A DNA stretch of 43,103 nt from Hydrurus foetidus (Eukaryota). The notes under the pieces are model-generated. The model was not told the DNA's origin. It made no database searches and saw only the letters and a program-made list of their open reading frames with translations. The stretch lies in NCBI GenBank assembly GCA_900617105.1, contig UYFQ01000560.1:1-43103 (forward strand). The letters run 5' to 3'. The position numbers and the translations under genes were made by a program. Of this stretch, positions 22,801 to 43,103 are shown one piece after another (the first letter of the stretch is position 1; each line of letters opens with the position of its first letter).

Positions 22801-23526
22801 TCTGCCTGCTTCTTATCGACACAGGTGTCTACTGCGAGGAGCATCTCAGTTCTGATGAAGCGACATCCAATGCCGAAATTCCCTAACGGTATACCCTTCT
22901 CTCGTCCCCTAGTCCCCTTCACGTGTGGTGGGAAGTACGGAGGCACTGAAGGCTGCGGACCAGGTACGGAATTCAGATCCAGGATCCACGTCGGAGACAT
23001 AAGCACCTCTCTCCAATAAGTCTGAACGATAACGATATCGATCGAATGAGATCTGATTGATTGGCTTTAATTGCTCAATAGCTGCACATTGTCGGTCCTG
23101 TCTTGTCTATATTATGGCCTAACACATTTTTGAGAAGCTACGCACCGTTGTATGATTTCCATCAGCTGCGCAGACATCGAATGCGATCATTCTTCCTGCC
23201 CACTCTTACCTCTAACTTCTTACGATCACAAGCAGGCACCCACCGAACTCCCAGCGAATCATGCGCCATCAATTTCAACACAGGTGAGTGCAGTAGCTCA
23301 ACGCACTGGTTATCACTCTAGTTACTGGGATAATGGTTATTCTGTGTCGGCACTGTTGCACCTCTATCCAATGTCTCGGCACCAAATTGACACGAAATCA
23401 CCTATACCGCTCCCTCCAGACTTCAAGAAATATGACTGGTATTGGGAAACTGTGGATGCAGAACGCAAAGACAAGGAAAAAAGACGACTGGAAAAACTGC
23501 TAGCAAAAGTGAAAAGTCGTCCTTAG
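19821..23526 (+). CDS. Multi-exon exostosin/GT47-like glycosyltransferase (start codon not located, probably upstream)
   Basis: Spliced exons give HPKVISIPLGI, VLCLPGLGYDTYRVFEVLMAG/AMPVLE and LPVLLVDDFS, the GT47 C-terminal signature. About 13 exons with GT-AG boundaries; stop at 23524-23526. Confidence 0.75.
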
Positions 23527-24576
23527 TGTTGCACTCTCCCACACTCGGTCATGCAATACGGCACACACACACACACACACACAGGTGGAATACATTCGAA
23601 TTGCTGCCGAGCTTTCCGATACAGTCTGAGTCTACTTTACGATCTGAAGGCACCACAGACAGAAACAAGGAAAAAAAGAACAGATTAAATGTTCGAACAT
23701 TTCAGGAACAAAAATATTATCTTTATCATTATCATTAATTATATCTCAAGGAGCGGAGTATTGTCCCAAACAGACCGGCATATTACGGACTGTGATTTCG
23801 AAACACGCATTTTACTTCTTATTCCACCCTACTTAGTTCCAGGTGTGGATATACCGCGCATCCACACGTAGCCAATATCTACATTGAGCTATCTCAATTA
23901 ATTTCATTAGTTTCGAAGGAGTCGTAGACTGGTTACACCAGAATGTTCCATCGGAGCCATTTCAATTATTGATTCTCCCGGAACAATACTTGTAATACAT
24001 TCCGACATTATCTTCTCGAGAATTCGCTGTGTGTCACAAACAATAATGCGGTGCTTCTACAGTAACTGCGTTGAAGTGGAAGCGATACCTCATGTGATTC
24101 TCCATTATTTTGCTTTAGCGTTGCGCTCTATCAACCTGATTTGTCCGTTTTGACTTCACGCTATTTTAAATACTTTGTGCAATGCATTGGTGGATTAAAT
24201 CTTTTGCTCGAAATCGAGTGGATCAGAAGAATCTAGTATTGAAAGCTGTAACCGTAGAACTACCACAATTATCAAGTATTCTCATCTTCGATGCACTTCA
24301 GTTTTCAGTATCTACCCTTCGTTGAGTTGTGTTGCTGTTCACAAAACATACTGTACGTTGGGTTCGCAGGAAAAAAAATTTGTGCGCGGGTTCGATTTTC
24401 AAGATTTTGTTGTTTTCAAATTTTGATACTGTAGGTACTTTTGACATGACCATACCACATACCACATAGCTGGTAAGACCAACAGAAAAAAGCTTCCGAT
24501 GCTGCTCAGAACTCATGACGTGAGATGCATCTGGAACATTGGAGGCGAATTTGAGTGACGCTGCAGGTAGCCAGCC

Positions 24577-34660
<10,084 letters not shown>

Positions 34661-35587
34661 CGCGTGCATCTTCGTGTTGATGATCCATTGCGTCCTCTTC
34701 ATATTGTAGGATGATATCATTTACTGGTTTCACACTTCAAAGTTATTTCAATATTTATTGTCGTCTACGATCCGGAGATGTCCTGCTTAAAGATCATTTC
34801 GATCTTATCAGCTACAAGGCGTGACACAGGCGGAATCTTTTCCTTTCATTGTAAGGGGGCATTCACTGCCAACCAAAGATGTAAATTATATTATGTATCG
34901 ATGAACTCTGTATGTATTGTATGTACGTTGTGTCTTCACATGCAGATATCCATGCCTGTAATTACTGTAAAATTGATGCAAGACAAGAAGAAGGGAAACA
35001 GGGCGGCGCATTCTTGAGACTTTGCAATTGCCCTCAAACACATATGGCGGCACGACATGACACGATGGGCAACACGAGATTAATGGATCCAAGGGCACGA
35101 ACCGTCCGTCAGACAGTACCAACAGGTCACGGGAGTTGCAGGGCATGCGTTCCTTCGTCTTGACCACTGTTTATTTCTTCTGCTGGACATGAAATTCTTC
35201 ATCATGCAGTCATCTTATTCCCGATTCAATTCGTACAACTGTAAACCTAATGGACAATTTGACGGGGAACGGTGCAGTTATCGTGTTTTCCAACTGCCAC
35301 CCTGATCCCAACTGTCAAGTCCATGTCTTCTTCACGAAGTCGGACCTACAGAGTTCCATTTCTGTGGCGAAATGATCCGTAGTTTTTGTGCTGTAACATA
35401 AATGGCCACCGTCCATGTAACACGCGAAAGCGAGACAGCTTGTGACTTATTTCGCATTTGCACGTGAATCGTTATAGACCACCAAGGACAAGATCGAGAT
35501 AAGTTAAAATGAATGCTACCTCTCTAGTTATGTTTGAAGAATATCGCGACCATAATTTCCGAAGTTGTGTAAGTGAGGTACTGTGCA

Positions 35588-38500
35588 TTAGATAAAAGAA
35601 GGAGTGTAGGCCGACGTCGCTCCTGTGACGTCACTGCAAATGGTGTGTGTTCTCTGCAGCCCCTTCAATGTCTCTTCAAGATGCTGCTCCCTCCCTATGT
35701 GCAGGGACTGGAGGGCAGGGAACAGCTGTGCTCGGAACTTTTCAACCGTGAAGTACCTGTCAGGCATGTCGAACAGAGAGGAGAGTAGGAATGTGTCGCT
35801 GCCACCCTCTCCAGTGAGATCCCTCGCTATGGCGGGGCACTGCTCGCCTGCATTGTCCAAGAGGGAGAGCACGCTCTGTACGCAGCTGTCCGCATCGACC
35901 GCTTTGAAGTGAATCACCAAGTCTCTCGACTGAGACACCCCCCTGTTGCAAGTGCTGAGTAGCGATGGAGCCGTAAGATAGGCGGTGGAGGATGCAGATG
36001 CTGCCCCCTCCTTGAGCAGCGCTGCATTGGTCTCCAGCAGAGCCATGAGTGAGTTCATCAACAGACCACAGCTGGCTCCTAGGACAGATGCTACCTGCAC
36101 GTGTGACTCCCTGGCGGGACACCTAGCGTCCTCACCTTCCACCCTTAGCAATGTCATGGTACAGTCCGCCAAGAGATTCGATGAATTCGGTCCTGACGGT
36201 CTGGAGCATGACACTTGACACTGCAGTAGACTGATGTCCGTGACAGCGAAGGCAGAGAGGGTTTCGACTATCAGCCCTGCCATGCTGAACGCAGAAGCAG
36301 TCCATATAATCGGTGCGTCACTTGTTCTCACGCTGGTTGGTCGAGCAATTGCGTTGACAGGTCCGACAGGCTTGAGCAAACTAGATAAGAAGGAGGTAGG
36401 ATGGAAGGTCAGAAAGGGATGGACCAAAGCAATATTGTTGAGAGAGAGACCACGGGTAATAGGCTAAGCTGGTTGGTGCGATACCTGTGCAGAGCCAGTG
36501 CGAGAGAGGGTACGAGCTGTAAGTCTCGCAGCATGGAGATCATTTCCTTGCGGGTGGAGGCGGACAGAGCACCCATGCTGCTAATTGTGCCAGAGCCAGG
36601 CGAATCATGCTGCGAGAGAAGAACTGCATCAGCAGTACCGACCTGATCGCCAGAAGTTAGTGAGACTGGTGGAGGAGTGCTGTCATTTGCAGCGGTGATG
36701 CAGCGAGACAGCGATCCAACGCAGTCAACGAGGGAATAGAGCAGCAGGTGGGGCAGGGCTTCCTCCCTGACGCTCTGTTGGTGGGGTTGAAGGGATCGTA
36801 TAGCCCTGCACAGAGACGGCACCGTGCCGGATGCGAACAAGTAGCGCAGCCAGCTCTCTGACTGCTTTAATGTTGACGGCTTTTTGACTTTGCTGAGAGA
36901 CTGCGAGAAGAGGGATGTGACGTGTTTCAGCAGTCTCGTCAAGGCGCTGAGGAGCAGGGGCAGTGCTTGACTCTCCTCGGGCCACATGACCTGCGCACTC
37001 GACCCAAATTCCTGCGCCTGTCGGTTGCTCCAATGAGAGGCCAGCCAGTCGACCAAGTGCCCTGATATCACGATGACGAGATCGGCTACGTAGTATGCCA
37101 GCCCTGCAGAGAAGATGGTGTCTCTCGCTCCAGGGGTAGAAGTGCACGCTGCCAGGGCTCTGCACACCAGCATGAGGACTCCATTGCTAGCCGAGTCATC
37201 AATGCTCCCCAAAGGGCTGTCCTGTCTGTTGCTCAAGAGGCCTAACTCGTCCCCCAAGAGCACCCTCAAGAGGAATCCGCCCCCCTGTTTCAAGAAGAGT
37301 CCAGTCTCCTTCCTCTCGTCACCTGTCGCGCTCTCCATTCGACCGAGCACATCCTTCACCATAGAAACAGCTGCTCCCTTCTGGGACTCCTCGTCGACGC
37401 ACGGGACATCGTCTGCAAGTAGGGATGAGGACCTCTCACACACGTACTTCATTAAACCGTGCACCGATCCCTCACTGACCCCTGCATGGCCCTCGGGGAA
37501 AGACACCCCCTTCGCTTTAACAGAGGCCAGGTAGGAGGCGTACACGAGAGATCCCTGCTCTATAGCTGTGTCCCTGAGGGTAGCTGCTGCTTTCTTCTTC
37601 TTGAGGGATTTTGAGAAGAGGTTCAGCTGTCTGTTTAGGCGAGGGCGGGGAACCCCTCCCTCCATGCCGAACCACTTACTGGCACCTCCCGCATGCATCA
37701 TGATGACTATGTCCTGATAGCCACGCTTGGAAATGGTCGTCAGAGGTGCGGATGGGCTCTTGTCGATGTCTTGCAGCTGCTGCTGAGCAGTCAGCAGGGC
37801 ATCCAGAATGAGCATCTCTTCGTCCGCTTCAGAGGACTTCTCCTTCTTCTTGCCCTTCCGCTTTTTCTTCTTCAGACCTGCTGCGCTTCCTCCTAGCGCA
37901 CAAGAGCCACTGTCCCCCATGCCTGACTCAACGACACTGCCGCTCCTGGAAGTCGTTCTGCTGAGTGATGACGTCACAGGGGAATCTTCTCTGGGCTCCA
38001 TCGTGACGGGTCCAGAGTGTGGCAAGAGATTCTTCTTCTCAGAGGCAGACTCATCCAATTTCTGCGACGCACTGGGTCTTCTCTGTTGCTGCGAATCGAG
38101 ATGGAAAGAGGGAGAAGTGGCGGGTTGGCTGGGGGCACTGGATGACCCTCGAGTCCCTTCACTGGTGCTGCCCCTCACATTCCCTGCGACCACCTTAGCA
38201 GTCGTCTTCATGGAGGTGGACGAGTTATCGAAGAAGCCTGCTGCCCCCGACACCGACGGAGACTTGAGGGAGGTTGTGAAGGGCCGTATGGTGCTGCTCG
38301 CAGCCTTCACCACCTTGGATGTCGGAAGATTGGAGAGGGGTACGGAGGGGGACACCTTGCGGCCCTTGGAGCTGGTTGAGAGACAGTCTGCACTCTTGAC
38401 GGGCAGAGGGGATGGGACCGACTTCACCCCCTCGCTCTTGCTCACAGTGACGGTCATGTTAGCGCTTGCTTGGCGGCTCTTTGATGAAGACAAGAGATAC

Positions 38501-41500
38501 GGAGCCGTCGTCACTGACAGCGATTTCTCTTTTTCCTTGTCCACTTCTTTGCTACCTTTGCCTGCAGTAGTGGAGTCCTCAGTGGGTGCGATGGGCGGAG
38601 CGGTGATTTGTGCCTTGAGCAGCGTCATGGTGGACAACAAGGTGTCTAGAGAGGCCACTGCTGGTTTCGCTCCACCGCTGCCCTCCGCACTGGACGCATC
38701 CCTCAAGAAAGATGAGGACGCGAGTCTAGCACGAGTGAGTTCCTGGGCGTCACTCCTCCTCTGCATCTCCTTGAAGCGAGCCTGTCTCCTGTTCTGCACA
38801 GCCTCTAATCGCCTCTGCAGCTTGTCCCACCGCTCCATCTTCTGCCTCTCCAGCTGTAACCGCAATTCAGACATTTGCTGCACCTTCCTGTTGTTCCTCT
38901 TTCTCTGCCTCGCTGTTATACCGCTCAGGATGTCCTGTCTCCTCATAGCAGCTGCCAGCACTCTAGCCTCCACTTCCACTAACTTCTGACGCAACTGCTC
39001 CACAATGCCCTCCGCGTTCATATTGTTTATAAACATAACTTCGGACACCTTCGTGTTCTCATTGCCAGCCCTGAGTTTGATGACCTTGATGCACTCCTCG
39101 TGCCTCTTCTCCGCATCTCGCAAGCGCTCTTCCAGTGCCAGTTCAGCTAGGTTGAGTCTCTTCTGCTCGTTGATGCCCCTCGTCTTCACTCTGTCAGACA
39201 CCAGCAAGGCCTTCTGACGCCTCTCTGCAACTGATTTATCTCGGTTAGACTCCGCAGAGTGCTGCTTCGCCTCTTGCCTTTTCTTCGCCTCCACCGGAGA
39301 TATCGCGCGACGGCGATCCGGTGAAGAGAGTTTAGCGTGCAGGAATCTATTGATAGTCTGCTGGGCGGGACTTTCGCTCCTCAAGCCTGCGTTGGCAACT
39401 GAAGTGGAAGTAGCAGTGGCTGCAATGTTGGGGATGTTGCTGACAAGACTGGGAGAAGAAGATTCGGATAGACTGTTGACGACCTCGAGTAGAGAGGGAG
39501 TTGTTGCCTCATCGACATAATTCGCATTGACCACCACCTTTTTGTCCTGATGGGACTGTTTGATAGCCATTGTCTTCATAGATGGCAGTGTCGGATGCAG
39601 CGGCGGAGAGCGAGTCACCGAATCGGAATCAAGATCCACGGACCGCGCGGTGAAGTCCTCTTCAGCGAAATCACTTTCATCCCCCACATATCTGTCCTCT
39701 TCTTCGATGTCGTTTGTATTATCCTCGTTGTCGTTGTCGTGTCCCAGAGCAAGCACGTCCCAAGCTGCCTCCTCTGCCATGGCCTCGGCTTCGATCCACT
39801 TCTCCACCTGTCGCCACACATGCTCTGAAGCCTCACTGACCTCCGCCTCCATGGCTGCCTCCCTCTCCTCCCTTCCCCTATCGCCGTTCTTCCTACGCAC
39901 TCTAGGACTGCACGGATCCACGAATCCACTGTGCATGTCGATCGTGTTCGCTGATGCCGCTTCCTTCTTTTGTCGCATGTCTGCCTGCGCTAGAGTGCTC
40001 ACTGTCGCAAATGCCATCTTGCCCCTTGCACTGGAATCCTTGTTGGAGCCGTTAGGGGAGGGGGCACCGCCATCTCGAACAAGTTCGGGCTGTCTGGGCT
40101 GCTTCACTTTTGTCAGTTGTGATGTGGTCGGGGGGTCCAGAAGGTTGCTTGACACTTTGCGGACAAACTTCGCTCTTCCGTCAGTGTCTACCGCTAACGA
40201 AATACTCTCATGACTAACACTCGACTTTGAGCTGACTGTCGATGTATTGATTAGCGATCTTGTCAAAGAGGCATTTATAGTGCTCTGCCCATTGAGCTCA
40301 TCTGCACTCGGGGTTGCGCAACGCAGATCCGATAAGTCCTGCCCGCGATCTCCAGCAGTCTCAGTCACAGAGGGCTGGAAGGGCGCAGCAGCTGCTCGTA
40401 AAGTGGAGTGGCGGCAATGAGTCTGAGCTGCCAGTCGCTGGTGAAAGTACAGGTGATTGTTGCCTATCGCATCATCCCCATTATCGCTAGCCGTCACTCT
40501 CGTTTTCTTCTCAGACGAAGCCGTCATGTCGATCGAGTTCCTTTTTTCCGTATTTATATCTACATTCGTTTTTATGTAGGAAGCGTACGCTATGTCTATG
40601 TTTCTATCCCTTAGCACGGGTGTTTGCTGGTTGCGAATTTCATCTTTGCTTCTTTCCCATTTTTCTGGACTGTAAATGTGCTGATGAGTAATATTCACAG
40701 GAAGAAGGTCAGTGACATGTTTTTTATGGCGCTTTTAAAATGGACATCTTACCTGCAAATGCACGACGGTTTTGGTTTCTAAATCATGGTGGTTGCCTGC
40801 ATTCAAATTCGACCTTGATCCGCTAGAGTTCAAGCTCTGTTCTGCTACTGATTGTGGTGCCGCATTGTGTTTCACCTGGTGATTTGAAATAAAAGACTGA
40901 TTTCAAGCTTTCTCCTGGGATGAAAAATATTCTGTTGGAAGATCCTGATGACGTAAAGATCACTTACATAGTTTTGATCAGTTCCAGCCCTTCTCCGCTC
41001 GTTCAGTCTATCACTCAGAACATTAAAATCCCTCCCGCCGCGGGCGAAAAGGCTAATAGCATCTGAACATACTAGAATATCTTCCTCTTCGTCACATAAC
41101 TGATAAAGCTCAACAATGCTGCGTGTTAAATTCGCCAATAACGCACTCCTCAATCGACTGTGAAATGTGGTGGAAGGCAAAGCCACTTGCCCTGAGATTT
41201 CAGTCATTCCTGTGGAGTCCACTTTCATGTTGCAGCAATAGTCATTACTTTCAGCTCTGGCCAATTGAAGGCTCCAATTTATCATTCTTGCTTGACAGCG
41301 AGCTTCACGCTGTAAAACTTCTTGTGCCTGTTCTATCTCTATCAATTTCGACAACTCATCGGGGATGCTCCTGTAGTTACCAAATTAGAAGCAGTCAATG
41401 AATTGCGATCTCAGCTGCTTTCCGATAGGGAGTACGCTTTCCTGTCTCCATCTTACCAAGACAATTTCTTTCCCAGCTCGATGCTTTCTTCGACAGCGAA

Positions 41501-41518
41501 GTATCGCACCAAGCTCAT
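35588..41518 (-). CDS. SCAPER: SCAPER-like protein (S-phase cyclin A-associated protein in the ER); exons ~41518-41457, 41370-40968, 40875-40753, 40680-36485, 36380-35588
   Basis: SCAPER_N-like LLANLTRSIVELYQLCDEE..CSDAI..RDF; LHAKLSSPDR; coiled coil with AGNENTKVSEVMFINNM; C-terminal LFDMPDRYF..LFPAL; introns join in phase. Confidence 0.87.
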
Positions 41519-41777
41519 CGAGTTATGACCCAGCTAACGGAAATGTCTCAAATGTCTTAGATGTCGTTTGGACGTACCCCATGCAATAGGCCTGCCCTAC
41601 AGAGAGGAGAGGCCCAACTGAGCATTGGTTTGAAATTCAAATCTGGATATTCCTCGATAACCCTCCTACGTAAAACGGCCGACAGCCTGCTCACTGCTCA
41701 CTGCTCACTACTCAGAGATCTTTCCTCTCACACAGTGTTCAGTGTTCTGTGTTGTCTGTTCAGTGTAACTACGAAAA

Positions 41778-42062
41778 GCGACCCAGTTAATGGTGTACTG
41801 AATTGATATTGATGTACTGAATTCATAGTTTGATGTACTGAATTAATAGTTTGATGTACTTAATACACCCTAACTCTAGCCCTAATCCTGACTCTTACTC
41901 TGACTTTAACCTTAACCTTAACCCTTACCCTGACCCTAACCCTAACCCGAATCTTCACCCTAATCCTAACCCTAATCCTATCATTTAGTATAGAATTCAG
42001 TACATCATACTATTAATTCAGTACATGAATCTCTCAATTCAGTACACGGTAAATTATTTCCG
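41778..42062. mobile_element. 285-bp foldback/MITE-like element with a telomere-like core
   Basis: 9-bp flanking direct repeat CTACGAAAA (41769-41777, 42063-42071); inverted arms built of TGTACTGAATT subrepeats; centre of degenerate CCCTAA hexamers. Confidence 0.72.
41868..41980 (+). repeat. Degenerate interstitial (CCCTAA)n telomere-like tract
   Basis: CCCTAA/CCTTAA/TCCTAA/CCCTGA hexamers in register. Confidence 0.85.
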
Positions 42063-42189
42063 CTACGAAAACGGCCTGTGTTGGAAATCTTGGCGATTTA
42101 CACGGAATTTCCTCCGAGTTCCAAACGTTCTATTCCTGTCAGACCACTTGATTCTTTCAAGATATGTCCGTAGTAATATAGTTGCAAAT

Positions 42190-42675
42190 ATAGTTACAAA
42201 TATATACATGTACGTTATGCGGCACGTACGTACGTAAGTACACATGCAGATATGATAACATGCACACGTACACACGTACTTACACATGTTAGTGCATACT
42301 CATTTATGCATGCGATACGCATGCGCTTACACATGTACGTGCATGCGCCAGTACAATATCAGCGACTTTGCATGGCATGGTACGGTGGCATCGTTCGCGT
42401 AACACATGTTGACGCGTGCAGACATGCGTACACACACGTACTTACGTATGTATATATAATATGTACGTATGTACGATCGCCAATAGCGTAGTACATAGAT
42501 GTATAGGCGTACATACGTAAGTACCACTGTACTTACGCATGTACGTTCTTATACATACACATGCATACGTACTTCTATAATATCGCCATATAGCAGTTAG
42601 TACTCACGCATGTACGTTCATATACATATACACGCATACGTACCCCTGTACTATCGCCATTTATCAGTTAGTACG
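42190..42675. repeat. Alternating purine-pyrimidine low-complexity tract ending in a 71-bp tandem duplication
   Basis: TACG/CATG/TACA/CACA motifs; 42530-42600 is repeated with mismatches at 42601-42674. Confidence 0.8.
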
Positions 42676-43103
42676 AACCCTCTGACCTCACGCAAATGAA
42701 CGTTCGCCTTTCATGATTCTTCAGTATCGCCAAAACACTTCGTTACTATAAGCATTCATGCAACGTTCCTCAAGCACATGCTATGAACAACACATCTCGC
42801 TGTGAACTTTGTCTCAAGGTAGTTTCACTGTCATGAACTGTTCTGATAGCTCTTTTGCGTGGCTATCTGTAAACTCTAATCAGAATTTAATACGTTGTAC
42901 TTCACAGCTTCGTCTACTCGATAGCTCACTGGATTGAGACATTAGCCTGCAGCTGCTTCTCCACCTTCGCTGCGAACGCTAGAAGGTGACATCTTGTATT
43001 TAGTCTTACATGGTAGCGATTGTTTTATAGTGATTAAACGATTGCCGTGGATTCAAGGATTCTGAATTTCCTTCCTCAGCTTTCAGAACCCTGCAATCAT
43101 GTA

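Noticed and set aside
24348..24433. 8-bp direct repeat ATACTGTA around 70 bp as a possible tiny insertion
   Set aside because: No TIRs or poly-A tail; compatible with chance.
36381..36484. Apparent frameshift between the SCAPER ORFs at a (GA)5 run
   Set aside because: A 104-bp GT-AG intron with CTGAC branch point and pyrimidine tract joins the two ORFs in phase.
37115..40213. Long + strand ORFs (393 aa, 217 aa and others)
   Set aside because: Antisense shadows of the large SCAPER exon with no independent motifs.
41868..41980. True chromosome end
   Set aside because: Short, degenerate and internal, flanked by inverted arms with unique sequence on both sides.
42690..43103. Possible 3' exons of a minus-strand gene at the window edge
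   Set aside because: Only short frames with plausible splice sites and no recognisable motif; cannot be supported.

Overview
Eukaryotic genomic DNA with GT-AG introns and SSR-rich introns; the gene style suggests a stramenopile/chrysophyte-like protist, which is an inference. The left 15.3 kb is a transposon nest of four related Ty3/Gypsy LTR retrotransposons with short (~175-217 bp) LTRs. Element A is on + (pol with chromodomain, 3' LTR). B is on - (5' LTR and leader only). C is on - (5' LTR and gag). D is on -, spans 6309-15303, is fully bounded with a 4-bp TSD and is internally deleted. D carries a MITE in its 3' UTR and a 3.2-kb hAT DNA transposon in its 5' LTR. The rest is host sequence: a papain-family cysteine protease with a Pro-rich repeat tail, an orphan JmjC exon, a GT47/exostosin-like gene, WASHC4, a convergent SCAPER-like gene, and a small foldback element with a telomere-like core upstream of SCAPER. 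The most striking observation is that all three visible 5' LTRs lack a tRNA-type TGG primer-binding site. Each instead abuts a different perfect 12-bp palindrome (AATACTAGTATT, AGTATCGATACT, AGTAGATCTACT), suggesting an unconventional, possibly RNA-dimer-based, priming mechanism. All calls were made by eye without database searches.
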